Part shown: positions 9,485 through 20,438 of the stretch, piece after piece | Numbering within the stretch: the stretch's first letter is position 1 | How the letters are laid out: each line of letters begins with the position of its first letter | Source: an uncultured Gemmatimonadales bacterium | GTDB lineage: Bacteria; Gemmatimonadota; Gemmatimonadetes; Gemmatimonadales; GWC2-71-9 | Assembly (NCBI GenBank): GCA_963777835.1 | Contig: CAVZRK010000006.1 | Coordinates: 1,186,155 to 1,250,154, forward strand | DNA length: 64,000 nt | Reading direction: 5' to 3' | Translations under genes and position numbers: made by a program | The notes under the pieces: generated by a model | What the model saw: the letters and a program-made list of their open reading frames with translations, nothing else | Told to the model about the DNA's origin: nothing | The model's database searches: none

Positions 9485-9633
9485 TTTCGCGACCGCCCCC
9501 GCGCCCTGAATTCCCGAACATTCAGTCGGGAATCCTCGCCCCCTTCCCCATCGCCGAGTCTGGCCGTACTATCCATCCGTTCCGGCCAGACCGGGGACGG
9601 TTTCGGCGGCACTTTCCCAAACCCGAGGCACAC

Positions 9634-10233
9634 ATGCGCACTTGGTTTCGTCGGTGTTCCACCCTCGCCGGTCTGGCGCTGATCGCTCTCGCAATGACCG
9701 CCACCACGGCGTCGGCGCAACGAAAGGCGGACGTCGGCTTCCTGGGCGGCGCGTCCTTCTCGACCCTCATGGGGGTGGACGACTCGGTGTCGGTGCGGTC
9801 CTCCACAGGGTTTGCCGGCGGCGTCTTCGTGGGGATCCCGGTGGCCAAGTCGCTCCTGATCGAGCCTGAAGTGCTCTACATCAACAAGGGCGCCGGCCTC
9901 GAGGACACCGAGGTGAGCCTGAACCTCAACTACATCGAGATTCCGGTCCTCCTCCGCTACGAGTTCAAGGAGGACGGCGGACCCTTCGCCTACGTGGGCC
10001 CGTACGTCGGGTTCGTGGCCGAGTGCAGCACCTCGGCCGACACCCTGTCGTTCCCGTGCGCGGACGACAACATCGAGACGAGCACCGATTTCGGCGGCAC
10101 CATCGGCGTCGGCTTCCGCAAGGACGCCTGGGGCTTCGATATCCGGTACGACTACGGCTTTACCGATGCCATCAAGGACGAAAAGGGGAAGAACTCCGCC
10201 CTGATGGTCCTCCTGCGGGTCGCCATCAACTAG
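9634..10233 (+). CDS. outer-membrane beta-barrel protein, paralog 4
   Basis: Signal peptide LAGLALIALAMTATTASAQ. It shares EPEVLYINKGAG, LNYIEIPVLLRYEF and GFDIRYDYG with paralogs 2 and 3. Confidence 0.7.
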   Translation: MRTWFRRCSTLAGLALIALAMTATTASAQRKADVGFLGGASFSTLMGVDDSVSVRSSTGFAGGVFVGIPVAKSLLIEPEVLYINKGAGLEDTEVSLNLNYIEIPVLLRYEFKEDGGPFAYVGPYVGFVAECSTSADTLSFPCADDNIETSTDFGGTIGVGFRKDAWGFDIRYDYGFTDAIKDEKGKNSALMVLLRVAIN

Positions 10234-10252
10234 CGGCAGACCGACGCGACAG

Positions 10253-10280
10253 CGGCCTCCCGGCATGGTCCGGGGGGCCG
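10253..10280 (+). terminator. terminator hairpin after OMP paralog 4
   Basis: CGGCCTCCCGG / CCGGGGGGCCG (11 bp including one G-T pair), loop CATGGT, followed by TTTGCG. It is a near-copy of the hairpin at 9457-9484. Confidence 0.6.
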
Positions 10281-10475
10281 TTTGCGTTCCCCCTCCCCGC
10301 ATCCTATCCCAAAGCGGCGGAACGTCTTCCGCACCCCTCCCCGGGCGACTAGTTTCCTACCCTGCCGCGGCCGGGGTCTTTCCCGGCCTTCGCCGCCTCA
10401 AGGAGCCGTCGGTGGCCGTTCCGCTCGTCCAGCTGACCAGGACTCCATCCGCCCCCGCCGGCGGCCAGCAGCGCC

Positions 10476-11360
10476 GTGCCCGCCACGCCGGTCCGGAAAC
10501 CGTCCTGGCTCAAGGTCCGGACCCCTGGTGGGCAGAATTACGTCGAAATTCGTGGGATGATGCGGGAGCTCGGCCTCCACACGGTGTGCGAGGAGGCCCG
10601 GTGCCCCAACATCGGTGAGTGCTGGGAGCACAAGGCCGCCACCTTCATGATCCTGGGTGACGTCTGCACCCGGAACTGCACCTACTGCGCGGTGGCCCAC
10701 GGGACCCCGAAGCCGTTCGACCCGGTCGAGCCGGTCCGGCTGGCCGAGGCGGTCACCCGGATGGGCCTGCAGCACGTGGTCATCACGTCGGTGGACCGCG
10801 ACGACCTCCCGAACGGCGGCGCCGAGGCGTTCGCCGGCTGCATCACCGAAATCCGAGCCCGGATGCCGGAGACCTCCGTCGAGGTGCTCATCCCCGACTT
10901 CAAGGGCTCCGAGGAGGCGCTCCAGATCGTGATGGACGCCCGCCCGGACATCCTGAACCACAACCTCGAGACGCCGGAACGGCTCTACCGCCTGGCGCGT
11001 CCCGGTGGACGCTACGACCGGGCTCTCCGGCTCCTCGCCAACGCCCGCCGGATGGGCGGCCCCGATGCCCTGACCAAGTCGGGGATCATTCTCGGCATGG
11101 GCGAGGAGTGGGACGAGGTGCTGGTCTGCATGCGCGACCTCCGGAAGAGCGACGTGAACATCCTGACCCTTGGCCAGTACCTCCGTCCCTCCGGCGGCCA
11201 CCTGCCGATCGCCCGCTACTACACCCCCGACGAGTTCGCCGAACTCCGCGACATCGGCCTGCGGCTCGGCTTCTCGCACGTCGAAGCGAGCCCCCTCACC
11301 CGCTCCTCCTACCACGCGTGGGAGCAGGTGGACAAGGCCAAGGAAATGAGGAGCGCCTGA
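10476..11360 (+). CDS. lipA: lipoyl synthase
   Basis: KPSWLKVRTPGG...LHTVCEEARCPNIGECW...GDVCTRNCTYCAV carries both LipA Cys clusters (CxxxxCxxxxxC and the radical-SAM CxxxCxxC). Confidence 0.9.
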   Translation: MPATPVRKPSWLKVRTPGGQNYVEIRGMMRELGLHTVCEEARCPNIGECWEHKAATFMILGDVCTRNCTYCAVAHGTPKPFDPVEPVRLAEAVTRMGLQHVVITSVDRDDLPNGGAEAFAGCITEIRARMPETSVEVLIPDFKGSEEALQIVMDARPDILNHNLETPERLYRLARPGGRYDRALRLLANARRMGGPDALTKSGIILGMGEEWDEVLVCMRDLRKSDVNILTLGQYLRPSGGHLPIARYYTPDEFAELRDIGLRLGFSHVEASPLTRSSYHAWEQVDKAKEMRSA

Positions 11361-12388
11361 TGGCCGGCACCCGCGCCCAGACCCGCGTGAAGGGAGCGTC
11401 CCGCACCTCCGACCCCGGGGCCAGCCCGGAGCAGTGCCGGAGCTACCTGCGCCAGATGCTGCTCATCCGCCACTTCGAGGAAAAGGCGGGCGAGGCGTAC
11501 AGCCTCGGGAAGATCGGCGGCTTCTGCCATCTGTACATCGGCCAGGAGGCGGTGGCGGTCGGCAGCATCGCCGCGCTCCGCGCCGACGACTACATCACCA
11601 CCTCCTACCGGGACCACGGCCACGCGCTGGCCCGCGGGCTCTCGGCCCGCTCGGTCATGGCGGAGCTCTACGGCAAGGCGACCGGCTGCTCGCGCGGCAA
11701 GGGGGGCTCGATGCACCTCTTCGACGCGTCGCTCGGCTTCCTCGGCGGGCACGGCATCGTCGGGGGGCACATCCCGCTCACCGCCGGCATGGCGTTCGCG
11801 GCCAAGTACCGGAAGACGGACCAGGTGGCGGTCTGCTACTTCGGCGAGGCGGCGGTCAACATCGGCTCGTTCCACGAAACGCTCAACATGGCGGCGCTCT
11901 GGAAGCTTCCCGCTGTCTTCATCGTCGAGAACAACGGCTACGGCATGGGCACCGCGCTCGCCCGGGCCAGCTCGCTGCTCGACCTGGCGCACCGGGCCTA
12001 CTCCTACGAGATGGCGGAAGAGGTCGTGGACGGGCAGGACGTCTTCGCCGTGCGGAGCGCCATGGATCGCGCGGTCGAGCGGGCGCGGCTGGAGTCGCTC
12101 CCCACCCTGCTCGAGATGCGCACCTACCGCTACGTGGGGCACTCGATGTCCGACGCCGCGCACGGGACCTACCGCAGCAAGGAAGAGGTCGAGGAGTTCC
12201 GCCAGCGGGACCCCATCAAGCTGCTCGAGAAGCACATGGTGGCCGCGGGGATGATCGACGAGGCCGGCGTGAAGGCGCTCGACACGGACATCATGGCCGA
12301 GGTGGAGGATGCCGTGACCTTCGCGGAGGAATCGCCGGACCCCGCCCCGGAAGAGCTCTGGACCGACGTGCTCGCGGGAGGACGGTGA
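11360..12388 (+). CDS. pdhA: pyruvate dehydrogenase E1 component subunit alpha
   Basis: ATG 11360 overlaps the lipA stop (TGATG). [35 protein letters not shown] and [10 protein letters not shown] are E1-alpha signatures. Confidence 0.9.
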   Translation: MAGTRAQTRVKGASRTSDPGASPEQCRSYLRQMLLIRHFEEKAGEAYSLGKIGGFCHLYIGQEAVAVGSIAALRADDYITTSYRDHGHALARGLSARSVMAELYGKATGCSRGKGGSMHLFDASLGFLGGHGIVGGHIPLTAGMAFAAKYRKTDQVAVCYFGEAAVNIGSFHETLNMAALWKLPAVFIVENNGYGMGTALARASSLLDLAHRAYSYEMAEEVVDGQDVFAVRSAMDRAVERARLESLPTLLEMRTYRYVGHSMSDAAHGTYRSKEEVEEFRQRDPIKLLEKHMVAAGMIDEAGVKALDTDIMAEVEDAVTFAEESPDPAPEELWTDVLAGGR

Positions 12389-12389
12389 G

Positions 12390-13373
12390 ATGGCGCTCCT
12401 GACCTACCGTGACGCGCTGAACGCCGCGCTCCGCGAGGAGATGGCCCTCGACGACCGGGTCTTCCTCATGGGCGAGGAAGTGGCCGAATACGACGGCGCG
12501 TACAAGGTGAGCCGCGGGCTCCTGAAGGAGTTCGGGCCGCTGCGCGTGGTGGACACCCCGATCGCCGAGCTGGGGTTCGCCGGCATCGGGGTCGGCGCGG
12601 CCATGGTCGGGCTCCGCCCCGTCATCGAGTTCATGACCTGGAACTTCGCCCTGCTGGCCATCGACCAGGTGGTCAACTCGGCGGCCAAGATGCGCTACAT
12701 GTCGGGCGGGCAGGTGGGCTGTCCCATCGTCTTCCGCGGCCCCGGCGGCGCGGCGCTCCAGCTCGCCGCGCAGCACTCGCAGTCGTTCGAGTCGTGGTAC
12801 GCGCACATCCCCGGCCTCAAGGTGCTCACGCCCGGCACGCCGGCGGACGCGAAGGGGCTCCTCAAGAGCGCCATCCGGGACGACGACCCCGTGGTGTTCA
12901 TCGAAGGGGAGATGCTCTACAACGTGAAGGGCGAGGTGCCCGAGGGCGAGCACCTGGTCCCCATCGGCAAGGCCGACGTCAAGCGCGCCGGCACCGACGT
13001 GACGCTGGTCTGCCACTCGAAGACGGTCACCGTGGCGCTGAAGGCGGCGGAGCAGCTGGCCGACGAGGGGATCAACGCCGAGGTGGTGGACCTCCGGACC
13101 ATCCGGCCGCTCGACACCGAGACGGTGCTGAACTCGGTGGGGCGGACCCATCGGTGCGTGGTGGTGGAGGAGGGCTGGGCCTTTGCCGGGGTCGGCGCCC
13201 AGATCGTGGACGTCATCCAGCTGCACGCGTTCGACGAGCTGGACGCGCCGGTCCTCCGGGTCACGGGGTCCGACGTGCCGATGCCGTACAACAAGCATCT
13301 CGAGCGGGCGGCCAAGGCCGACCCGGCCAAGGTGATCGCCGCCGTCAAGCGGGTTCTTTACACCGGGATCTGA
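12390..13373 (+). CDS. pdhB: pyruvate dehydrogenase E1 component subunit beta
   Basis: 327 aa. [49 protein letters not shown] is the typical E1-beta transketolase-like core. Confidence 0.9.
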   Translation: MALLTYRDALNAALREEMALDDRVFLMGEEVAEYDGAYKVSRGLLKEFGPLRVVDTPIAELGFAGIGVGAAMVGLRPVIEFMTWNFALLAIDQVVNSAAKMRYMSGGQVGCPIVFRGPGGAALQLAAQHSQSFESWYAHIPGLKVLTPGTPADAKGLLKSAIRDDDPVVFIEGEMLYNVKGEVPEGEHLVPIGKADVKRAGTDVTLVCHSKTVTVALKAAEQLADEGINAEVVDLRTIRPLDTETVLNSVGRTHRCVVVEEGWAFAGVGAQIVDVIQLHAFDELDAPVLRVTGSDVPMPYNKHLERAAKADPAKVIAAVKRVLYTGI

Positions 13374-13376
13374 CGC

Positions 13377-14614
<1,238 letters not shown>

Positions 14615-14653
14615 CGGCCCCGGCCGCCCGACCTGATACCGAGGAACCTCACC

Positions 14654-16049
14654 GTGGCTTCATTCGACCTCATCATCCTGGGCGGCGGACCGGCCGGCTA
14701 CGTCTGCGCCATCCGCGCCGCCCAGCTCGGCCTCAGCACCGCCGTCGTCGAGAAGGACAAGCTCGGCGGCGTCTGCGTCAACATCGGCTGCATCCCGACC
14801 AAGGCCCTGCTCCACAGCGCGTCGTCCATCAACCTGATCGCGCACCAGGCCAAGGAACTCGGCATCGAGGTCGGCACCGTCAAGACCGACTACGGCGTGG
14901 CCATGAAGCGGAGCCGTCGTGTGTCGGAGCAGAACTCCAAGGGGGTGGAGTTCCTGATGAAGAAGAACAAGGTGACGGTCATCAAGGGCACCGGCACCCT
15001 GCTGCCGGGCCGGAAGGTGAAGGTCGGCGCCGACGTCCACGAGGCGAAGAAGGCGGTGGTCATCGCCACCGGCTCGCGGGTCAAGGGGATTCCCCAGATC
15101 GGGCTCGAGATCAACAAGACCACCGTCATCAGCTCGGACGAGGCGCTCTTTCTCGAGGCGGCGCCCAAGTCGATGATCGTCGTCGGCGCCGGCGCGGTCG
15201 GTTCCGAGTTCGCCGACATCTTCAACGCCTTCGGGACCAAGGTGACGCTGGTGGAGGCGCTGCCCCGCATCCTCCCCATCGAGGACGCCGAGTGCTCCGA
15301 CGCGCTGGCCAAGTCGCTTCCGGAAGCGCGGCATCGAGGTCCTGGCCGGCGCCAAGGTGCTCAAGGCCACGGTGGGCAAGGACTCCGTCACGCTCGACAT
15401 CGAGGCCGGCGGAGAGAAGAAGTCCATCACCGCGGACAAGGTCCTGATGGCGGCCGGACGGGCCGTCAACACCGAGGAGATGGGGTTCAAGGAGGCCGGT
15501 GTGCAGCTCACCGACCGCGGCTTCGTCAAGGTGAACCTCGCCACGCTCGAGACCACCGCGCCCGGCGTCTACTGCATCGGCGACGTGGCCGGCCCGCCGA
15601 TGCTGGCGCACAAGGGGAGCCGCGAGGGCGCCGTGGTGGCGGAGCGGATCGCCGGGCACAAGCCGCACGCCATCCGGTACGACAACATCCCGAGCGTCAC
15701 CTACTGCCATCCCGAGGTGGCGAGCATCGGGCTGACCGAAGAGCAATGCAAGGAGAAGAAGCTCGACTTCCAGGTCGGCCGCTTCCCCTTCAGCGCCAAC
15801 GGCCGCGCCCGGGCGTCGAACGAGACCGACGGCTTCGTCAAGATCATCCGCGAGAAGAAGTACGGCGAGATCCTCGGCGCGCACATCGTCGGCGGGCACG
15901 CCTCCGAGATGATCCACGAACTCGCGGTGGCCCGCGAGAACGAGTACACCGTCGAGGAAGTGGACCTGGCCGTCCACGCCCACCCCACCCTGTCGGAAGC
16001 GATCGCCGAGGCGGCGCTCGATTCGATGGGGAGGGTGATTCACACGTAG
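14654..16049 (+). pseudogene. lpdA: dihydrolipoyl dehydrogenase (E3), frame disrupted near 15316
   Basis: The GTG start follows GAGGAA. GGGPAGYVCAIRAAQLG...GGVCVNIGCIPTKALL (redox-active CxxxxC) is in the first frame. From 15320 the protein continues in the next frame (RKRGIEVLAGAKVLKAT...HAHPTLSEAIAEAA). The span is 1396 nt, and removing 1 nt gives 465 codons. Confidence 0.85.
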
Positions 16050-16069
16050 GCCGGGCCGCGAGGCGGGGT

Positions 16070-16113
16070 GGCAGGGAGGCAGGAACCGCCTCCACGTAGA
16101 CTGCCTCCCTGCC
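16070..16113. repeat. perfect 13-bp inverted repeat GGCAGGGAGGCAG / CTGCCTCCCTGCC (18-nt loop); probable terminator or REP-like element after lpdA
   Basis: Read directly. It is followed by CTGCCCCC CTGCCCTG CC, which runs up to the ATG at 16135. Confidence 0.6.
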
Positions 16114-16134
16114 AACCTGCCCCCCTGCCCTGCC

Positions 16135-16581
16135 ATGACCGACCGCCCTCAACACTGGAACCCCCTGGCCCCGGCCGAGGACTATGTCCCCCTGGCCGGT
16201 GCCTCCATCGGGTTCGGCATCCTCCTCGGCACCGCACTGGTGGCGGCCGTGCTTCTCGGCGTCCGCGCGCTCGTGGCGCAGGGCCCACCGACCGACCAGC
16301 CCGACCCGAACCAGCCCGCCGCCGTCTTGCTCATCTTCGGCACCCTCGGTGCCTGCGGCGTGGCCGCCCTGGCCTGCTGGACCGCGCTGGCACCCGTTCC
16401 CCTCTACCGACGCGGCGGCCTGAGCCTGGTGACCGCCTTCGCCACCTTCGTCATGGCGCTGCTCCTCACTCCCGTGAACGAACTCGGCGGGGCCGCAGGC
16501 CTCGGGCTGGCGGCGCTCGCCTGCGGGGTCGGGGCGTGGGCGCTGGGGCGGCGGATTCGGCGGCTGCGGGCAGGCAAGTGA
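16135..16581 (+). CDS. hypothetical integral membrane protein (148 aa, about 4 hydrophobic segments)
   Basis: ORF with an ATG start. Hydrophobic stretches include GASIGFGILLGTALVAAVLLGV, AVLLIFGTLGACGVAALACW and LSLVTAFATFVMALLL. Its stop overlaps the lipB GTG (GTGA). Confidence 0.5.
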   Translation: MTDRPQHWNPLAPAEDYVPLAGASIGFGILLGTALVAAVLLGVRALVAQGPPTDQPDPNQPAAVLLIFGTLGACGVAALACWTALAPVPLYRRGGLSLVTAFATFVMALLLTPVNELGGAAGLGLAALACGVGAWALGRRIRRLRAGK

Positions 16582-17291
16582 GCGAGGCGCGTCGGCTGCT
16601 CGTGGCCGAACTCGGCCGGCGTCCGTACGGCGAGGTGCTCGAGCTCCAGCGCCGGCTCTGCCGCGCGCGCCAGGAGGGGGAGACGACGGAAGACCTGCTC
16701 CTCCTCGTCGAGCACGACCCGGTGGTCACGCTCGGCCGCGGGACCAGGGAGACCAGCCTTCCGCTTTCCCCGGACCAGATCCGTGCGCGGGGCGTCGAGG
16801 TGTTCGACGTCGAGCGCGGCGGCGACGTGACCTTCCACGGCCCCGGGCAACTGGTGGGCTACCCGATCCTCGACCTGTCGCACCACCGACAGGACCTGCA
16901 CTGGTATCTCCGCACCGTCGAAGAGGCGCTGATCGTGGCCCTGGGCTCGTTGGGCATCCCCGGCGAGCGGAGCGCCGGGCAGACCGGCGTCTGGACGAAG
17001 GGGAGGAAGATCGCGAGCATCGGGATCCACGTGAAGCAGTGGGTCACTTTCCACGGATTCGCGCTGAACGTCTCCACCGAGCTCGACTATTTCGACCTGA
17101 TCGTGCCCTGCGGGATCGCCGGCGTCACGATGACCAGCGTCCAACGTGAGCTCGGATCCGCCGCCCCGGCAGATCTGGCGGCCGTCACGCGCGACGCCGT
17201 GACGGAGGCCTTCGGCCGGGTATTCGACCGCACGCCGCACCCAGCGATGTTCGAGGATTGGAACCTGACGGCGCCGAGGTTGCCTTTCTAG
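16578..17291 (+). CDS. lipB: octanoyltransferase (lipoyl(octanoyl) transferase)
   Basis: GTG 16578. LLLVEHDPVVTLGRG, ERGGDVTFHGPGQLVGYPILDL, KIASIGIHVKQWVTFHGFALNV and PCGI are LipB signatures. Confidence 0.85.
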   Translation: MSEARRLLVAELGRRPYGEVLELQRRLCRARQEGETTEDLLLLVEHDPVVTLGRGTRETSLPLSPDQIRARGVEVFDVERGGDVTFHGPGQLVGYPILDLSHHRQDLHWYLRTVEEALIVALGSLGIPGERSAGQTGVWTKGRKIASIGIHVKQWVTFHGFALNVSTELDYFDLIVPCGIAGVTMTSVQRELGSAAPADLAAVTRDAVTEAFGRVFDRTPHPAMFEDWNLTAPRLPF

Positions 17292-17798
17292 GTGGGCTCC
17301 GCCAATCTCCACTCCATGGCGGACATTCTTCCCAAGCGCACACCGCAGACGATCGCGGACGAACGCGTGACGCAGATCCTGCGGGCCGCCGACAGCTGGG
17401 CCGCAGACGTACCGGCATCGCTGACGCCGGCGGTCCGGGCCGTCTGCATCCGGCTGGCCGAGATGATCGCCGACGCCAGGCATGCCCATCGACCGAATCC
17501 CGACCAGCTCGATCCCGATGCCTCGCAGGCGCTCGACCTGATCGCCGCCCGGCTTCGTTCGCCGGCCACGATCCGCGGCCTCGAGGGGGAACTCGAGGCG
17601 CTGAGCGCCCTGGAACTCCGCGCCACCGGGTCGTGGGCCGTCGTGCCGTCGGCGCAGTCCGAATGGACGGCCACCGCAATCACCTACCTGGAACAGCGCG
17701 CCGCCGCCCTCCCCGCCTCCGAGCACCCCGGTGACTACTGGGCCGACGACCTCGTGGCCGGGGTGATCGCCTCGATCAGGGCGCTCGTGGCCGGTTGA
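17292..17798 (+). CDS. hypothetical protein
   Basis: 168-aa ORF directly abutting the lipB stop. Coding-like codon bias, no motif recognised. An alternative ATG lies at 17316. Confidence 0.4.
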   Translation: MGSANLHSMADILPKRTPQTIADERVTQILRAADSWAADVPASLTPAVRAVCIRLAEMIADARHAHRPNPDQLDPDASQALDLIAARLRSPATIRGLEGELEALSALELRATGSWAVVPSAQSEWTATAITYLEQRAAALPASEHPGDYWADDLVAGVIASIRALVAG

Positions 17799-17802
17799 GG
17801 CG

Positions 17803-19179
17803 TCACCGCTTCGTCGGCTTCTCCTCCGCCATCATCTCGAAGAATCGTCCGAAGACCCGGATCCCGTCCCAAATCTGCTGAACGGCGATCTTCTCGTTCG
17901 GAGAATGCAGCCCGTCGTCGGGCAGCCCGACGCCGGTGAGCAGGACCGGGGCGCCCGTCATCCCCAGTTTCGGGACGATCGGGATGGAACCGCCCGCCCG
18001 CACTGAAACGGTTCGGCGCCCCACCACCTCCTCGAACGCGCGATCCAGGACGGCAAACGCCGGGGCGTTCACGTCCACCTCCACCGGGTCCGCCCCGTGG
18101 AGCGGCCGCACTTCGGCCTTGGCCCAGGTCGGCGCCAGCGCCTGCACCGTCTTTTCCAGCGCCGCCTGCACACCGTCGCGGGTGAGCCCGGGCACGAGCC
18201 GCAGGCTCACCTTGGCCGCCGCCTTGGCGGGAATGACCGTCTTGGCCCCCTCGCCGGTGAAGCCGCCCATGATCCCGTGGATCTCGAAGGTCGGCAGGGC
18301 CCAGGTCCGCTCCAGGATCGAATACTCCTTGAGGCCCGTGAGCGCGGTGGAGGTCACCTCCTCCTTCATGTACTCGTGCACGTTGAAGGGGAGCCCCCTC
18401 CACGCCTCGAGCTCGGCCTCCGTCGGCGGCACCACCTGGTCGTAGAGGCCGCGGATGTGAATGCGGCCGTCCACCCCCTTCAGGTCCATCAACAGCCGGC
18501 AGAGCGCCTCCAGTGCGTTGGGCGCCACGCCCCCATAGGTGCCGGAATGGAGGTCCCGCTCCAGCGTCCGGAGATGGATCTCGGCGTAGCACATGCCGCG
18601 AAGCGCCGTGTAGACCGCCGGGATGCCCGGGGCGTAGTAGCCCATGTCGGCCACGAGCACCGCATCCGCGTGGGTGCGTTCCGGCTCGAGGTTGAGGCGA
18701 TCCACGATCACGTCGCCGCCGCACTCCTCCTCCCCCTCGATGATGAAGTTGACGTTCAGCGGCGGCCGGCCGTCGGCGTCGAGCACCGACTCGTAGGCCT
18801 TGAGCAGGGTGAACACCTGGCCCTTGTCGTCCACCGCGCCGCGCGCGTACAAGTTCGGCCCGCGGATGGTCGGCTCGAACGGCGGAGAGATCCACTCGTC
18901 GAGGGGATCGGGCGGCTGGACATCGTAGTGCCCGTAGACCAGCACCGTCGGCTTGCCGGGGACGCGGGGGCTCTCCGCCCAGACGATCGGGTGCCCCTTC
19001 CCCTCGAGCAGGGTGACCTTGGCGCACTTCAGCCGCTTGAACTCGTCCACGAGCCAGTCGGCCGCGCGCCGGCAGTCCGCCGCGTTGGCCGGCAGGGTGC
19101 TCACGCTCGGGATGCGCAGGAAGGTGAACAGTTCGCCCAGCAGGCGCTCCTGTTCGCGGGTCACGAATCCGGTGTCCAT
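17803..19179 (-). CDS. M20 family dipeptidase / peptidase
   Basis: Start taken at ATG 19179 (MDTGFVTREQ...). LVYGHYDVQPPDPLDEWISPPFEPTIRGPNLYARGAVDDKGQVF and IIEGEEECGG are M20 metal-site motifs. Confidence 0.8.
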   Translation of the reverse strand: MDTGFVTREQERLLGELFTFLRIPSVSTLPANAADCRRAADWLVDEFKRLKCAKVTLLEGKGHPIVWAESPRVPGKPTVLVYGHYDVQPPDPLDEWISPPFEPTIRGPNLYARGAVDDKGQVFTLLKAYESVLDADGRPPLNVNFIIEGEEECGGDVIVDRLNLEPERTHADAVLVADMGYYAPGIPAVYTALRGMCYAEIHLRTLERDLHSGTYGGVAPNALEALCRLLMDLKGVDGRIHIRGLYDQVVPPTEAELEAWRGLPFNVHEYMKEEVTSTALTGLKEYSILERTWALPTFEIHGIMGGFTGEGAKTVIPAKAAAKVSLRLVPGLTRDGVQAALEKTVQALAPTWAKAEVRPLHGADPVEVDVNAPAFAVLDRAFEEVVGRRTVSVRAGGSIPIVPKLGMTGAPVLLTGVGLPDDGLHSPNEKIAVQQIWDGIRVFGRFFEMMAEEKPTKR

Positions 19180-19325
19180 GGGGAGACGTCCTCGGAAGGG
19201 CCGACGGTGATGGGCGGGCAGAACAGGGGAAAGGTACACGGAACCCGGCGGGGCGCGAGGCCGGCGCGACAGGCCCCGATGGCGCCCCCTCTGGCGCGAT
19301 TCCGTCCGGCCGATACATTCGCGAC

Positions 19326-20438
19326 ATGTTCACCACATCCCAGTTCCGCGTGTTCGCCACCGAGCCCAGTGAGCGTGCCCTGGCCCGGGCGCGGCACCTC
19401 CTCCGCGACGCGTCGCTCGATGAGGCGGAGGAGGCGTACCTCGAACTCATCGACCGGCAGCCGGACCTGAAGCTGGCCTGGTGCGAGTACTTCGAGATGC
19501 TGCGCGGCCAGCGCCGCTTCGAAGAGGCGCTCGCGCTCTCGGCGCAAGCCGCCGACCAGTTCGGCGAGTCCGCGCTGCCGCTCGCCCTCAAGGGCGCAGC
19601 GCTCGTCGAGCTGGGCCGGTACCGCGAGGGGCTGGTGGCGCTGGAGCAGGCCGCCGCGCGGAATCCCGACTTCGCGATGGTCTGGCACGAGGCGGGCTAC
19701 GCCGCGTACCGGCTCGGCGAGCACGACCGGGCCCTGCTGGCGCTGGACCGCGCCTTCGCGCTCGAGCCGCACAGCGGCACGCTGCACCTGCGCGGGAAGA
19801 TCCTGCGCGGCGCGGGCCGGTACCTGGCCGCCGAGGTGGCCTTCACCGGCGCGGTGGAATCGGCCGAGTTCCCGGAGCAGCGGGCCGAGGCGGAGCGGCA
19901 GGTGGCCATCACCCGGCGGTACGCGGCGTTCTCCGGCCGCCGTCCCGCCGACCTCACGCCGACGCAGCGCTGGTTCGGCGACCACGGGGCGTCGCTCCTC
20001 ACCCGCTCGGACGGGGAGCACCATCCCTCGCCGGAGCGCCTGGTGCAGGAGTTCATCACGGTGGTGCGGGAGGAGGAGTGGAAGTTCACCCACCTGGTCA
20101 CGACGGACGAGTGGGACGGATGGGTGGCTCTGGCCGCCGCGCTCTCGCTGCCGGGTCACGACGGAAAGTCGCTGCCGACCGAGGCGGTGCCGCTCGTGGT
20201 GGGGCTCCGTCCGGGCGGGGCGGGGTCGTCCTGGGCAATGGCCACACGGCAGATCCTGCGAAGCGAGGAAGGGCTGAGCTTCGCCGTCTTCCAGCCGGTC
20301 TCTGGACCGGTGGCGGATGTGGCGGGGATCCTGGAGGGCTCGGGGCGGGTGCGCGTGGACCTCAGCGTCGCCGAGGAGGCCATCCGGCATCCGCAGGGCC
20401 GGTTGCGGGGCCGACGCCTACGGGGTCACGCCGACTGA
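19326..20438 (+). CDS. TPR-repeat protein with uncharacterised C-terminal domain
   Basis: The N-terminal 190 aa show repeated TPR-like A/L/Y/G patterns (EEAYLELIDRQPD, GRYREGLVALEQAAARNPDF, GEHDRALLALDRAFALEPH). The C-terminal half has no recognised motif. Confidence 0.6.
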   Translation: MFTTSQFRVFATEPSERALARARHLLRDASLDEAEEAYLELIDRQPDLKLAWCEYFEMLRGQRRFEEALALSAQAADQFGESALPLALKGAALVELGRYREGLVALEQAAARNPDFAMVWHEAGYAAYRLGEHDRALLALDRAFALEPHSGTLHLRGKILRGAGRYLAAEVAFTGAVESAEFPEQRAEAERQVAITRRYAAFSGRRPADLTPTQRWFGDHGASLLTRSDGEHHPSPERLVQEFITVVREEEWKFTHLVTTDEWDGWVALAAALSLPGHDGKSLPTEAVPLVVGLRPGGAGSSWAMATRQILRSEEGLSFAVFQPVSGPVADVAGILEGSGRVRVDLSVAEEAIRHPQGRLRGRRLRGHAD

